Counted from the stretch's first letter, positions 9,358-20,549 are shown. The stretch is DNA of 64,000 nt from Actinomycetes bacterium (GCA_037143395.1 JBAWYW010000001.1:506-64505); one strand, 5' to 3'. Notes: generated from the sequence alone by a model not told the origin. A program made the numbers and translations.

Positions 9358-10584
9358 GTGCCTATCTCAATTACCACCGAAGTTCTTGGAGATCATCCAA
9401 GACTAAGTGAGATTAATTGTGGTCTCCCTCTTGCTGCTTCATGGATTAAAAGCGGTGAAGGCTTTGTTGCCTTTGGAATATATAAGTCACACGAGGTAAG
9501 CGGAAAGAAAAGATTTCAAGATGCATCACTCTGGTGGAAAAATGAACTGACTCAATTAGAAATTCACAATAATGTTCATGGAAGTGGCACTGGTCCGATT
9601 CTTTTCACTTCTTTCTCCTTTGATGAAGCCGATCCATCCCTTTTGGTGATTCCTCAAGTCGTTATTGTCGTTCGAAATGGAAAATCATGGATTACATGGA
9701 TCGGTGATAAACAGCCTTTGCTTTCAAAAGTAGAAAAGTCTGCTGCGCTTGGGGAAATTACATGGGGACAAGGATCACTGAGTGATGAACAGTGGTGCGA
9801 GCGAATTCAAAAATCAGTTGATCGAATTAAGTTGGGTGAGCTTGATAAAGTTGTATTAGCTCGAGATTTGACTGCAACGACAACTAATCCCATCGACTCA
9901 TTATCGCTAGTAAATGAGCTGGAATCTCTTTATCCTTCAACGTGGGTCTACTCCCTTGGCAATCTCATAGGAGCAACACCTGAATTACTTGTGCGTTTAA
10001 GTAAAACCCTTGTTACATCAAGAGTTTTAGCAGGAACAATCAGGCGTAGTGGGGATGAAGAACGAGATCTTGCACTGGCTGCATCATTAGCAAAGTCGTC
10101 CAAGGACTTAGAAGAGCATGAATATGCCGTTCGTTCTGTTGCCGATGCACTTGCCTCATATGCTTCATCTACAAACGTTCCAGAATCACCATATGTTTTG
10201 CACTTACCAAATGTCATGCATCTGGCAACTGACGTAACTGGCGTAATAAATGAGTCGCCCGCGAACGTGGACATTTTTACACTTATCTCAGCGCTTCACC
10301 CGTCAGCAGCAGTCTGTGGAACCCCCACTGATAAGGCTAAAGATCTCATTCAAGAATATGAATCTATGAACCGTGGACGCTACGCCGGCCCAGTTGGATG
10401 GGTTGATGCACGCGGTGATGGTGAAATTGGAATTGCCTTAAGGTGTGGATATCTCTCAGAGGATCACAAATCAATTCGTTTATACGCAGGTTGTGGAATT
10501 GTTGCAGGATCAGATCCCGTTCAAGAACTTGCTGAAAGTCAGGCTAAATTACTTCCAATACGAAGTGCCTTACAAAAGCTCTGA
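9358..10584 (+). CDS. menF: isochorismate synthase
   Basis: Chorismate-binding C-terminal domain (HPSAAVCGTP, GRYAGPVGWVDARGDGEIGIALRCG). Sits in the men cluster. GTG start. Confidence 0.85.
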   Translation: MPISITTEVLGDHPRLSEINCGLPLAASWIKSGEGFVAFGIYKSHEVSGKKRFQDASLWWKNELTQLEIHNNVHGSGTGPILFTSFSFDEADPSLLVIPQVVIVVRNGKSWITWIGDKQPLLSKVEKSAALGEITWGQGSLSDEQWCERIQKSVDRIKLGELDKVVLARDLTATTTNPIDSLSLVNELESLYPSTWVYSLGNLIGATPELLVRLSKTLVTSRVLAGTIRRSGDEERDLALAASLAKSSKDLEEHEYAVRSVADALASYASSTNVPESPYVLHLPNVMHLATDVTGVINESPANVDIFTLISALHPSAAVCGTPTDKAKDLIQEYESMNRGRYAGPVGWVDARGDGEIGIALRCGYLSEDHKSIRLYAGCGIVAGSDPVQELAESQAKLLPIRSALQKL

Positions 10585-12101
10585 GTGACTTCTTTTAACG
10601 TATCTGCATTAACTTTCCGAGTAGGTACTTCGATAATTATAAACTTTAGGCCACCAGGTGTATGAGTTATTGAGCGATGAATATCAGCAACATTCTTGGC
10701 TTTCTCTACATTAAGGCCAAAACTGCTAATAACTTTCTCAAGGTTTAAGTTATGTGGAGTACCAAAAATCGTCTCAAAACCTTTAACACCTGCTTGTGGC
10801 AATGTATTAAAAATTCCACCACCATTGTTATCAATCACAAAAAGCGTCAGATTAATCTTTGGCGCATTAATTAGTGCTGAAACATCATGTAGGAATGTTA
10901 AATCACCTAAAATTGCGTAGCTTTGCTTGAAATGAGTCGCAATTCCAAATGCTGTTGAAATATTTCCATCGATCCCTGCTAAGCCACGGTTGGAAAAAGT
11001 AGCAATGCCTCCTCGTGGTGTTGCAAATGCTTCAATGTCACGTACAGGTCTGCTACTACCTATAAATAAAGCAGATTCATCTGGGATACTTGATGTGATT
11101 GCTTTAATTGCATCTTGCTCAGACCAATCAATTTGAAGTGAACCTTGTGCAAGAGTATTTAAACTTTCCCACTTACTATTCCAGGCTGCATCTTTCTGCG
11201 AACTAATGTTCGGCAGTGATGTAAACACCTGAGATGCGCTGCGGTTGCTATCAACAGTTTGAATTCTCGGATCGATAACAATTACTTGTGGACATTCAGC
11301 AATAAATGAATTAATGCTACGAGACAAAGTAGTTCGACCGATAACAATAATCTCATCACTTTTTAAGTACGAGCGTAGTTCTGTATCAGTGAGTGCTAAT
11401 GCGGCATGAGCAAATGAGTCGGGAAATGACAATGGATCTTCAGCGATGAGGGGCCACCCTAGTTCCCGAGCGAACTTTAGAAGCTCCTCAACTGAAAAAC
11501 CTGCACGGTCGTGCCCAATAATCAAAACTCCCTTTGAGCCAACTTTGAGGTGCTCGCTTTTCAGATGTGAAGGAGTTCTTACCGTGATCTGAATGCCCGC
11601 TAGCCATTCAGTCCGCTCATCACTTAATAGTGGTTCTTCAAATTGAATATTTAGATGAACAGGGCCGCCGCTTAAATGTTCACTGAGGTCCGTAGGTTCA
11701 GCAATATCAATAGATAAAAGTGGTGCTAATAAATTTACTTGCTCTGTTGTTTGATTAGAACCCGTCTTTCGCAGTGAGCCTGGCCTATCTGCAGTGATTA
11801 CAAGTAACTTACTTTGAGAATGGAATGCTTCTAAGGTACCCGGATGAAAGTTTGCAGCTGCGGTTCCACTCGTGCAAACAACCGCAACATAATTATCTGT
11901 TGCTTTTGCAATACCAAGCGCAAAGAAGGCGGCGCCTCGTTCATCTATGCGAACGTGTAAATCGATAAGGCCTTTTTGCTCCGCCTCATACAGAGCGATA
12001 GATATGGGTGCATTACGGGAGCCTGGTGAGATGATGAAATCACTTACACCTAGTTCCAATAGCTGACGGATGATTGATCGAGCCAAGCTTGTTGCGTTCA
12101 C
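10539..12101 (-). CDS. menD: 2-succinyl-5-enolpyruvyl-6-hydroxy-3-cyclohexene-1-carboxylate synthase
   Basis: TPP-enzyme layout (SPGSRNAP, CTSGTAAANFHPG, GIDGNISTA). GTG start overlaps the menC stop (GTGA). Confidence 0.9.
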   Translation of the reverse strand: MNATSLARSIIRQLLELGVSDFIISPGSRNAPISIALYEAEQKGLIDLHVRIDERGAAFFALGIAKATDNYVAVVCTSGTAAANFHPGTLEAFHSQSKLLVITADRPGSLRKTGSNQTTEQVNLLAPLLSIDIAEPTDLSEHLSGGPVHLNIQFEEPLLSDERTEWLAGIQITVRTPSHLKSEHLKVGSKGVLIIGHDRAGFSVEELLKFARELGWPLIAEDPLSFPDSFAHAALALTDTELRSYLKSDEIIVIGRTTLSRSINSFIAECPQVIVIDPRIQTVDSNRSASQVFTSLPNISSQKDAAWNSKWESLNTLAQGSLQIDWSEQDAIKAITSSIPDESALFIGSSRPVRDIEAFATPRGGIATFSNRGLAGIDGNISTAFGIATHFKQSYAILGDLTFLHDVSALINAPKINLTLFVIDNNGGGIFNTLPQAGVKGFETIFGTPHNLNLEKVISSFGLNVEKAKNVADIHRSITHTPGGLKFIIIEVPTRKVNADTLKEVTQSFCKALRIGSNLA

Positions 12102-13054
12102 TTGGCTTCCAAAATCTTCATGATCCGATCATTCCACCAATGGACTCGCTCTGCACTTGCTCGATACTTATCTAATCCCGCAGGCTCTCTGCGCACGACT
12201 TCTAAAAATCCATTTTCTGCAAGTACGGCTGGATTACATATATCTGATTCAAGAAGCGCCACCGTGCCAAGACCACATGCAAAGCCAGAATCTATAAATG
12301 AAGCAGCGAGGGCTAGGCCGTGTGAAATTCCAATCCCAGTTTCTAACGCGCTGGAGATAACGACAGGTAAGCCGATCGTCTCTGCGATTTTGTGGGCAGA
12401 GGTAAATCCACCTACGGGTTGCCATTTTAAAATTGCGACATCAGCAACCTCACTCAACTGAGAAAGATCACTTGATAAGTTCTTTCGTATTGATTCATCA
12501 ATTGCAATCGGTATAGGGCTTTCTGCTTTCACTACTGATAGTTCTGAGGTTAATTGACAGGGCTGTTCGACATATTCGAAGATACTTCCAAAACGTAGGT
12601 GATACTCAAGCAAGTTACTTATTGCTGTCGATTGATCCCATCCACCATTTACATCTAGCCTGATCTTTGCATCGGGTATGTGGTCTAATGTCGCCTCAAC
12701 GACCAATGCTCCGTTTTCAAAATCGTCAACCTTTATTTTTACAGTTTTGCATCCTGAATATCCTTTTAAAATAGTTTTTACTTCAGTTGGCGCAACAATC
12801 GGAACTGTTGCGTTGATCGCAATTTTGTTGCGGTAAAGCTCAGGCCAAGGATTATTTGCTGCTTCAAGTGCCGCATCAAGCCAAATCTTTGCTTCGGCTA
12901 TGTCGTATTCTAAAAATGGAGAGAACTCACTCCAGCCTTCCGTGCCTCTAAAAACTGCGACTTCACGGTAATTAATTCCTCGAAACTCATTTTGGAGTGG
13001 TATCGAAAGAATTGTCAGATCAGGAAAGATTTCTTGCAAGGGTTGTGTTGCCAT
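12098..13054 (-). CDS. menC: o-succinylbenzoate synthase (enolase superfamily)
   Basis: KIKV, RLDVNGGW, VEQP and AIDES metal/catalytic blocks are present. Men context. Confidence 0.85.
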   Translation of the reverse strand: MATQPLQEIFPDLTILSIPLQNEFRGINYREVAVFRGTEGWSEFSPFLEYDIAEAKIWLDAALEAANNPWPELYRNKIAINATVPIVAPTEVKTILKGYSGCKTVKIKVDDFENGALVVEATLDHIPDAKIRLDVNGGWDQSTAISNLLEYHLRFGSIFEYVEQPCQLTSELSVVKAESPIPIAIDESIRKNLSSDLSQLSEVADVAILKWQPVGGFTSAHKIAETIGLPVVISSALETGIGISHGLALAASFIDSGFACGLGTVALLESDICNPAVLAENGFLEVVRREPAGLDKYRASAERVHWWNDRIMKILEAK

Positions 13055-13059
13055 ATTGA

Positions 13060-13938
13060 TTAAGGCCGTTTTGGAAATTTATCAAAGTTTGGCTCGCGCT
13101 TTTCTTTAAAGGCATCTCGGCCTTCTTGACCCTCTTCGGTGAGGTAAAAGAGCAGAGTTGCGTCTCCCGCAAGTTGCTGCACTCCTGCCAAGCCATCATC
13201 AGCAGCATTAAGGCCAGCTTTAAGCAATCGTAGCGCCATAGGAGAATGGCGAAGGATTTCTCTACACCAAGAAACTGTCTCAGCTTCGAGTTCTGCAACA
13301 GGTACAACTGTATTTACTAATCCCATATCTAGTGCTTCTTGTGCATCGTATTGACGACATAAGAACCAAATTTCACGGGCTTTTTTCTGCCCGATATGTG
13401 CCGCTAACAAACCTGCGCCATAACCACCATCAAAAGACCCAACCATTGGTCCGGTCTGACCGAACTTTGCATTTTCTGCCGCAACTGTTAAATCACAGAC
13501 AACATGGAGTACATGTCCCCCGCCAATTGCCCAACCTGCGACCATTGCGATTACCGGTTTGGGCAACCTGCGGATTTGAACTTGTAAATCTAAAACATTG
13601 AGTCTTCCAATACCTTTTTTGCCCAGGGCATCGCTTCCGATGTAACCATCATCGCCGCGAACATTTATATCGCCACCTGAGCAGAAAGCTTCTGTTCCTT
13701 CGCCAGTGAGAATAATTACGCCAACAGATTCATCATCTCGAGCGAAAGAAAACGCTTCTTCTAATTCAAAAAGTGTTTGTGGGCGAAATGCGTTACGAAC
13801 TTCAGGACGGTTAATTGTGATCTTTGCAATTCCTTCAGCGACTTCATATTTAATATCACCAAATTTCTCGCTTCCGCTGCCAGCAATCCAGGAAGGTATC
13901 CGGCGCTCACCAGGTTCACGTTTAATTGGCTTGCTCAC
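13060..13938 (-). CDS. menB: 1,4-dihydroxy-2-naphthoyl-CoA synthase
   Basis: Crotonase fold with MenB blocks ([31 protein letters not shown]). GTG start 6 nt after GGAAGGA. Confidence 0.95.
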   Translation of the reverse strand: MSKPIKREPGERRIPSWIAGSGSEKFGDIKYEVAEGIAKITINRPEVRNAFRPQTLFELEEAFSFARDDESVGVIILTGEGTEAFCSGGDINVRGDDGYIGSDALGKKGIGRLNVLDLQVQIRRLPKPVIAMVAGWAIGGGHVLHVVCDLTVAAENAKFGQTGPMVGSFDGGYGAGLLAAHIGQKKAREIWFLCRQYDAQEALDMGLVNTVVPVAELEAETVSWCREILRHSPMALRLLKAGLNAADDGLAGVQQLAGDATLLFYLTEEGQEGRDAFKEKREPNFDKFPKRP

Positions 13939-14006
13939 GCATAATCCTTCCTATGGCCATTACCGTTCTCGCTGACACGAGTACAAGACGCTAGCCTACG
14001 GGGACT

Positions 14007-15092
14007 ATGCCAAAATCGTTACCGCGAGAAGTTATTCATGTTCAGCAGGAGTGGCCAATCGCACAGGTTATCCAAGCCCTTCGGATGGCTTTGGACGGCC
14101 AAGGTCCTGCACTCGCCTTCGGCCCAATAACCCACTCCCATGTCGCTAAAAATATTGCGGTAATAATTCCAACCAGTGGATCTACAGGAATGCCAAAGGA
14201 AGTGGCACTTACAAGCAAGGCCCTCATAGCTTCAGCAAAAGCTGCACATAAATATCTAAAAGCTAAGAGAAATGAACGCTGGTCTCTTTTGCTTCCAATC
14301 AACCACATTGCGGGAGTAAATGTCTTAGTTCGCTCGATATCTTTACAAAGCGAAATTATTGATCTTCGGGGAAAAAATACTAAGGGAAGTGCTGAATACA
14401 CTTCCATAGTTCCCACGCAGCTATATCGTGCTCTTAATGGAGATAGTGACCTACTTGAGCATCTACAAAGTGCAAAAGCTGTACTAGTTGGTGGTAGTCC
14501 AACTTCAGATGATTTGTTAGAAGATGCAAAATCTAAAAATATTAATGTAATAACAACTTATGGAATGTCAGAGATGTCTGGCGGATGTATTTATAACGGT
14601 AAGCCTTTGCCTGGGGTTAAAGTAAAGATTAAAAAGCACCATATGATAGCCCTGAGTGGTCCTATGCAGGCCAAGACATATCTCAATGACGAAAAGGCTT
14701 GGAAAGCTACAACGAGCAAGAAGTGGTTTGTCACGAGTGACTTTGGAGATTATAAAAAAGGAAAATTAATTGTTCATGGGCGAGTAGACGACTTGATTAT
14801 TTCAGGAGGAGAAAAAATTTCTCTCTCAGCAATTGAGGGCACTCTTAATGAAAGCTTCCCAGATCAAAGATTCATGGCTTGCGCTGCTAAAGATGCCGAA
14901 TGGGGAGAGCGTCTTGCCTTGGCTTCTGATGGACAGATCGAAGTTGAGAAAATTAAAGGAATATTGAAAGATAAATTTGGTAACCATGCAGTTCCAAAAG
15001 CCTTTATGCCCAGCGTTGAGCTACCAATCACGTCTATAGGAAAGCCAGATCGTAAAAAATTGCTGACTCAATTTGAGAGACTTCACCCATGA
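14007..15092 (+). CDS. menE: o-succinylbenzoate-CoA ligase
   Basis: AMP-binding motif TSGSTGMPKEV, TYGMSE, short actinobacterial form (361 aa). Divergent from menB. Confidence 0.8.
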   Translation: MPKSLPREVIHVQQEWPIAQVIQALRMALDGQGPALAFGPITHSHVAKNIAVIIPTSGSTGMPKEVALTSKALIASAKAAHKYLKAKRNERWSLLLPINHIAGVNVLVRSISLQSEIIDLRGKNTKGSAEYTSIVPTQLYRALNGDSDLLEHLQSAKAVLVGGSPTSDDLLEDAKSKNINVITTYGMSEMSGGCIYNGKPLPGVKVKIKKHHMIALSGPMQAKTYLNDEKAWKATTSKKWFVTSDFGDYKKGKLIVHGRVDDLIISGGEKISLSAIEGTLNESFPDQRFMACAAKDAEWGERLALASDGQIEVEKIKGILKDKFGNHAVPKAFMPSVELPITSIGKPDRKKLLTQFERLHP

Positions 15093-15988
15093 CATCTGCA
15101 GTTGGCTCACAACCCGTTGGTTTTAGTAAGTGGGTTGCCGGGGCGCGTCCACGCACGCTTCCTGCCGCCATTGCTCCCGTGTTAGTCGGCACGAGCCTTA
15201 TTCCTAGCGATAAGAGACCCATTAATTTGCTCAATGGCCTAGCTGCACTTTTTGTTAGCCTTTTACTACAAATAGCAGTGAATTTTTCAAATGACTACAG
15301 TGATGGAATCCGTGGGACTGACAAAAACAGAGTTGGCCCCATGCGTTTGGTAGCAAGCGGCCTAGCAACTGCAAAGCAGGTGAAGGCTGCGGCATATTTA
15401 TGTTTTATCCTGGCATCATTTTGTGGACTATTCCTTGCTTCACGGACATCGTGGTGGCTCATTGCTCTAGGCCTCATTTGCATTATCGCTGCATGGACAT
15501 ATACGGGAGGCGCAAAGCCCTACGGTTACTCTGGATTTGGTGAGATTTCGGTCTTCATCTTCTTCGGTGTCGTTGCAACCGTTGGTAGCTACTTCATTCA
15601 ATCCGGAAAGATTACATGGCAAAGTTTTCTGGTCTCAATTCCCATGGGGACACTTTCTTGTGCAATTTTATCGATCAACAACCTTCGTGACCTTCCAAAA
15701 GATGCGTTAGTGAGCAAGAAGACACTCGCTGTTCGCATTGGAGATAGGAACGCAAGAAAAATGTTTGTGGGATTAATTCTCCTCGCTCACCTTGCCTCAC
15801 TTATCAGTGTATTAATCACGCCTTGGGCACTTGCAACTATTGTTTTCCTTCCCATGGCCGTGAAAATCTCTCGAAACGTTATGGGTGGCGCGCAAGGGGC
15901 TGCACTCATCCCAATTTTAGGAAAAGTGGGAAAACTTCAACTATTTATTGCAGTAACTTTGGCAATCGCACTACTCGCGCAAAGGTAG
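15089..15988 (+). CDS. menA: 1,4-dihydroxy-2-naphthoate polyprenyltransferase
   Basis: UbiA-family motifs (NDYSDGIRGTD, NNLRD). ATGA overlap with menE. Confidence 0.9.
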   Translation: MTSAVGSQPVGFSKWVAGARPRTLPAAIAPVLVGTSLIPSDKRPINLLNGLAALFVSLLLQIAVNFSNDYSDGIRGTDKNRVGPMRLVASGLATAKQVKAAAYLCFILASFCGLFLASRTSWWLIALGLICIIAAWTYTGGAKPYGYSGFGEISVFIFFGVVATVGSYFIQSGKITWQSFLVSIPMGTLSCAILSINNLRDLPKDALVSKKTLAVRIGDRNARKMFVGLILLAHLASLISVLITPWALATIVFLPMAVKISRNVMGGAQGAALIPILGKVGKLQLFIAVTLAIALLAQR

Positions 15989-15997
15989 ACTCAGGAC

Positions 15998-16261
15998 ATG
16001 TTCGATCTATTGCTAGGCATCGCACTTATTGCAATACAGATCTATGCCCTTTTTGATGTTGCTAAGTCCCCTGAAGAATCGGTGAGGACTCTCCCAAAGT
16101 GGGCTTGGATACTCCTCGTAATTATCTTCGGAGCTCTAGGTGCAGTTGGTTGGTTTATTGGTGGGCGAACAAGCCGGCCACGTGGGGTAAATAAAATTCG
16201 TCCCAGTACTAGAAAAATCATTCCACCTGATGACAATGACGAATTTTTGAGGAAAATTTAA
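15998..16261 (+). CDS. small membrane protein, PLDc_N (cardiolipin-synthase N-terminal)-like
   Basis: Two TM helices with YALFDV..PKWAWILLVIIFGALGAVGWFIGGR, the usual PLDc_N signature. Confidence 0.6.
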   Translation: MFDLLLGIALIAIQIYALFDVAKSPEESVRTLPKWAWILLVIIFGALGAVGWFIGGRTSRPRGVNKIRPSTRKIIPPDDNDEFLRKI

Positions 16262-16264
16262 CTC

Positions 16265-17161
16265 TTACAAGCCAGAGTATGTATGCAGACCAGTTCCCCA
16301 GATGTTTACATAAATATAGTTAAATAAAAATGTAGAGCCAGCAAAAATACACAACCATGCTGCCCTACGACCCCGCCAACCAACTGTTACACGCGCATGT
16401 AAATAGGCCGCGTATGCAACCCAAGTAATAAATGCCCACGTTTCTTTTGGATCCCAATTCCAATATTTACCCCACGCAGATTCAGCCCAAATTGCCCCGG
16501 CAATTACAGCAAATGTCCACAAGGGGAAAACAAAAGCGATGAGTCGGTAGGAGAGTTGATCCAATGATTCAAGAGAAGGAATTCTCTTCGCCCATGTAGG
16601 ACGTTCACCTCTCTTTTCGATAACTTCCATCCATAAATAAGTCGCGGCTACTAAATTGGCAACAAGGAACACTCCGCCTGAAATAATTGCTGCAGAAACA
16701 TGAACAGCAAGCCATGGTGATTTAAGCGCTGGGACTAACTGCTCTGAAGGCCTATATAAAACCATGATTGCAGTTCCAAGTGTCAGTAGTGTAAAAAATG
16801 AAACTGGTAAACCAAGCCAGCGAAGCTTCCACTTGGCCAGTGAAAATAAATAAGCAGCGCAAAGCGTAAGCGCTCCTGTAATCGAAAATTCATACATGTT
16901 GCCCCAAGGGACACGATGAGCCGAAAGTCCACGAGCGGCAACCGCGATAACCACGATGAGAAATCCAAGAACCATCATGGCCGTACCAATTCGGCCGGCA
17001 CGCTCTGTTTTGGAGAAATCAAAAGTCGTGGTCTTTGAGCCCTCTATGTTTTTTACTGACCAAGCAACCTCAGCTGCATGCGCAAAAAATGCAATTGCAA
17101 AAACGAAGAGCGCTGCATAAATTGCCTGATTTGAGAATGAAGCAAGTTGTACCGAATTCAT
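16265..17161 (-). CDS. ccsB: c-type cytochrome biogenesis protein CcsB/ResC
   Basis: WWD heme-handling motif WGKYWNWDPKETW. ATGA overlap with resB. Confidence 0.9.
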   Translation of the reverse strand: MNSVQLASFSNQAIYAALFVFAIAFFAHAAEVAWSVKNIEGSKTTTFDFSKTERAGRIGTAMMVLGFLIVVIAVAARGLSAHRVPWGNMYEFSITGALTLCAAYLFSLAKWKLRWLGLPVSFFTLLTLGTAIMVLYRPSEQLVPALKSPWLAVHVSAAIISGGVFLVANLVAATYLWMEVIEKRGERPTWAKRIPSLESLDQLSYRLIAFVFPLWTFAVIAGAIWAESAWGKYWNWDPKETWAFITWVAYAAYLHARVTVGWRGRRAAWLCIFAGSTFLFNYIYVNIWGTGLHTYSGL

Positions 17162-18600
17162 CCTTGTTCCACCTTTCTCTGTAAATCATCAAGCTCTTCA
17201 TTCAGTCCAGGAACACCGTTCTTCGCAAGACCCGCAATCTCAACACGAGTACCTACCTTTACCCAAATTCTTCGCTGGCGTGTGAAGAGTGAGATCAGTA
17301 ACCCTAATATTGCAAAAACTGCACCAAACAATGCGTACATCTTCCCAGGATCGTCAACAATCTGCAGGTTGACCCAAGATTTCCAGCCTTCAAATTTGAT
17401 TGAACCGACACCAAAGTCATATGTGTCGCCCAATTTAAGACCACGCAATCCTATTTTCTTCATTTGGGATGTATTAAGTTCGTAAACCGACTGAGGGTTG
17501 CCTGAATCAAGGCCGAGGTTGCCTTGCCACACAGAGATAACTAACTCGGGGTTTAGAACTTCAGGGTAGGAAGAAAACACTCCCTTTGTCTTACTGCTCT
17601 TTGCAGTCGGTAAGAAGCTAGCTATAAAACCCACCTGGGGACTCATGTCAGGAACTTTGATTGCTCCAATAGAACTCAAGTTTGCATCTTGTGGAAGAAA
17701 AATGACAGGGCCATGAAAAGTGACGGCTCCAGCTTTATTTCGTATTAAAACTACCGGTGAATAGCCATTTGCTTGTAAATAAATCTTTGTATTCCCATAT
17801 TGCAAGGGTTTATTTACTTTTATTACAACATCCTTTGCTGTACTTCCTACAGGATTAGCAACTGACGTAGTTAGGGTGTAATCCTCAGGCATGCTTGTAA
17901 TAGCGTTATATTTAGCAGCAAAGTCAGTAACAGTTAATTCAAAGGGTACGAGTGAACCCTGACCTTGAAACTTGCCAAATGAAAGGGTGTCATAAGAGGT
18001 TGGTGTATTTACAAATCTCTCACCCATATTCACAATTGCTTCACCTTTACTACCAAAGAGTGAACCAAGCGCAACCCCAACTAAGATGAGTACTAATGAA
18101 AGATGGAAAAGTAAGTTCCCAGTCTCTCTTGCGTAACCTTTTTCGGCAGAAATTGAGTTGTCTTCGATCCGCACACGGAAATGATTCTTTTTAAACCAAA
18201 TTTTTGCGCTCTGTAAAGCGAGATCATTGTTCTGAGTGAGAACACGAAATCCCTCCATACGATCAAGATTTTTTGGGGTGAGTGGGGGCTTTTTTCCAAT
18301 CGCCTTCAGATGATCGATTGTGCGAGGTAGTACACAACCAATAAGGGAAATGAATAGAAGTACATAAATGGCACTAAACCATGGAGATGCATACACATTA
18401 AATAGCTTCAAGCGATCCATCCAATGAGCCAGAGTTGGATCACTCATAAAGTACTGATCAACCTTCTGTGGATTTTGATTACGCTGAGGGAAAAGCGAGC
18501 CAGGAATTGAAGCAACACCAAGGAGCATAAGAAGAATTAGCGCCGTCCTCATGCTTGTTAACTGGCGCCAACCCCAGCGCATAATCGCAAAAAATCCCAT
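17158..18600 (-). CDS. resB: cytochrome c biogenesis protein ResB/Ccs1
   Basis: N-terminus LTSMRTALILLMLLGVASIPGSLFPQR and the large extracytoplasmic loop architecture. TAATG overlap with ccdA. Confidence 0.85.
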   Translation of the reverse strand: MGFFAIMRWGWRQLTSMRTALILLMLLGVASIPGSLFPQRNQNPQKVDQYFMSDPTLAHWMDRLKLFNVYASPWFSAIYVLLFISLIGCVLPRTIDHLKAIGKKPPLTPKNLDRMEGFRVLTQNNDLALQSAKIWFKKNHFRVRIEDNSISAEKGYARETGNLLFHLSLVLILVGVALGSLFGSKGEAIVNMGERFVNTPTSYDTLSFGKFQGQGSLVPFELTVTDFAAKYNAITSMPEDYTLTTSVANPVGSTAKDVVIKVNKPLQYGNTKIYLQANGYSPVVLIRNKAGAVTFHGPVIFLPQDANLSSIGAIKVPDMSPQVGFIASFLPTAKSSKTKGVFSSYPEVLNPELVISVWQGNLGLDSGNPQSVYELNTSQMKKIGLRGLKLGDTYDFGVGSIKFEGWKSWVNLQIVDDPGKMYALFGAVFAILGLLISLFTRQRRIWVKVGTRVEIAGLAKNGVPGLNEELDDLQRKVEQG

Positions 18601-19340
18601 TAGACCACCGGAATAAAGTTTGAAATAAGTGAACGCAAGGAATTAATTAAATGTGACCAAGCTCCAGTTACCTGAAGTAGACCAATTACTATAAGAAAAA
18701 CTCCACCAAATATTGTTAGGAGATTTCCTCGTTTGGAAATGAATCGACGCAGCTTTGCTGATTGATCAAAGAAGATTCCAACTAAAATAAAGGGGACTCC
18801 AATACCAAAACAGTATGCAAGAGAAAGTATCGCTCCTCTGAGGGCACTTGAACTCTGAAATGAAAGTGCTTGAACTGCGCCAAGAGTTGGGCCAATGCAA
18901 GGTGTCCAACCAATTCCAAATAGAAAGCCCAAAAGTGGGGCACCAACTAATCCTGCAGTGGACTTCCAATGAGGTTTAAATGACCGGTAAAACTTCTGAT
19001 TAAAGAGGAAAATGACTCCCATGCAAATTGTTAGGGCCCCAAGAACTATGGATAACCATCTGGATCCACTTGCGATTTTTGAGCCTAGAGATCCAAAAAG
19101 CGCTCCATAACTAATGAATAGAACTGAGAAACCGCTGACAAAGAGAACGGCACCTAGAGCAGTCCGCTTCTTATTTTTTACGTCAGTCATTCCAGCGGAA
19201 TAGGCAAGATATCCAGGAACTAACGGCAATACACAAGGTGAGAAAAAGGAAATAACTCCAGCAATCAAGGCAACAACCATGGCCAGCATTAAGTTGCCAC
19301 TAAAGATTTGGTCAACAAAGAAGCTATGCATGAGGGCCAT
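18600..19340 (-). CDS. ccdA: cytochrome c biogenesis thiol-disulfide transporter CcdA
   Basis: 6 TM with conserved [11 protein letters not shown] and WTPCIGP cysteine motifs. An alternative ATG lies at 19331. Confidence 0.85.
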   Translation of the reverse strand: MALMHSFFVDQIFSGNLMLAMVVALIAGVISFFSPCVLPLVPGYLAYSAGMTDVKNKKRTALGAVLFVSGFSVLFISYGALFGSLGSKIASGSRWLSIVLGALTICMGVIFLFNQKFYRSFKPHWKSTAGLVGAPLLGFLFGIGWTPCIGPTLGAVQALSFQSSSALRGAILSLAYCFGIGVPFILVGIFFDQSAKLRRFISKRGNLLTIFGGVFLIVIGLLQVTGAWSHLINSLRSLISNFIPVV

Positions 19341-19893
19341 CTTTCAGCACTCGTGTAATTAGATTGGTGAGGAGCGCTGTGGTTACCTCACCACTCACTC
19401 TTGCTGCAACGTAACCATGTGAATCAATGATTAATGTCGTGGGTATCGCATTTGGTACCAGTGAACTGCGGAAAGCAACAAGTAGTGAATCATCAGTAAA
19501 TATCGGATATGAGATCTTGAATCGTTGAGTAAATGCAAGGGCTGAAGATGTGTTGTCCCGTGTAAGTATTCCTGCAAACTGGACACCTTGAGCAGAATAT
19601 TTTTGCGCAAAATCAGAGAGCAGTGGTGCTTCAGCTCTGCATGGGGCGCACCATGATGCCCAAATATTTAAGACAGTAACCTTATTATGGTCAAGAGAAA
19701 TATTTCCACTTAAAAGTGTTGGTCCAGATATTACTGGGGAAGGTTTACGGTCCGCTGGTTTTACATAAACGGCAACACCGTTGCCTTCAACAAACGCACT
19801 CTGACTAGATTTAGATATTCCACCTGTCGAGCAGCTACTTAAAAAAACAGAGCTTACGAGAATAAAGACCGCTAAAACTATTTTTCTTCGCAT
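19324..19893 (-). CDS. TlpA/ResA-family thioredoxin-like lipoprotein
   Basis: Lipobox-like LSSCS, then the WASWCAPC active site. TAATG overlap with the upstream gene. Confidence 0.85.
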   Translation of the reverse strand: MRRKIVLAVFILVSSVFLSSCSTGGISKSSQSAFVEGNGVAVYVKPADRKPSPVISGPTLLSGNISLDHNKVTVLNIWASWCAPCRAEAPLLSDFAQKYSAQGVQFAGILTRDNTSSALAFTQRFKISYPIFTDDSLLVAFRSSLVPNAIPTTLIIDSHGYVAARVSGEVTTALLTNLITRVLKDGPHA

Positions 19894-20516
19894 TATTTCT
19901 TTACCGGTAATAAATGCTTAGCAGGTTCAAAATAGCTAACACCCTCGATTGAACCATCGCTGTCAAGATGAAAGCTGGTTACCGAAGCCAATGTGCATTC
20001 CCTTTTACGTGGATCGTGAAGCAACCGACGGCCCTCGACTGCAGAACGTAGAATCCAAATAGGTAATTGGTGTGAGACACAGAATGCATCTTTACCATTA
20101 GCAGCATCTCTTGCCTCAAATAAACTTCCAAGCATTCGTGATATTTGTTCTGTGTAAGGCTCGCCCCATGAGGGTTTCCATGGATTAATTAAATGTCTCC
20201 ATGATGCAGGATGACGCAAGACTCCCGAACCTAATTCAAATTTCTTCCCCTCAAAAATATTTGCAGCTTCAATCAGTTTTTCATCAGTTGTTATTTGCAA
20301 GTGATGTGCGGATGCAAGCGGAGTTGCAGTCTCTTGTGCTCTTTGAAGAGGTGAGACGTGTACTGCCCCAACATCAAATTTCTTTGACCACTCTGCAACG
20401 GTCTTTGCCATCTCTTGACCGCGCTCTGATAAATACCAGCCCGATTGGCGACCATAGAGAATTTTTTCCGGGTTATGGACTTCGCCATGGCGCAAGAAGT
20501 GAATGGTGGCGGGCAT
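19893..20516 (-). CDS. histidine phosphatase family protein (phosphoglycerate-mutase-like)
   Basis: N-terminal FLRHGE catalytic motif and a downstream SHQLPI. Occupies the same position as Rv0525 before the ccs cluster in Mycobacterium. Confidence 0.8.
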   Translation of the reverse strand: MPATIHFLRHGEVHNPEKILYGRQSGWYLSERGQEMAKTVAEWSKKFDVGAVHVSPLQRAQETATPLASAHHLQITTDEKLIEAANIFEGKKFELGSGVLRHPASWRHLINPWKPSWGEPYTEQISRMLGSLFEARDAANGKDAFCVSHQLPIWILRSAVEGRRLLHDPRKRECTLASVTSFHLDSDGSIEGVSYFEPAKHLLPVKK

Positions 20517-20549
20517 GAGATAAGCATAAGCGAGGGCTAAAGTACTGAC

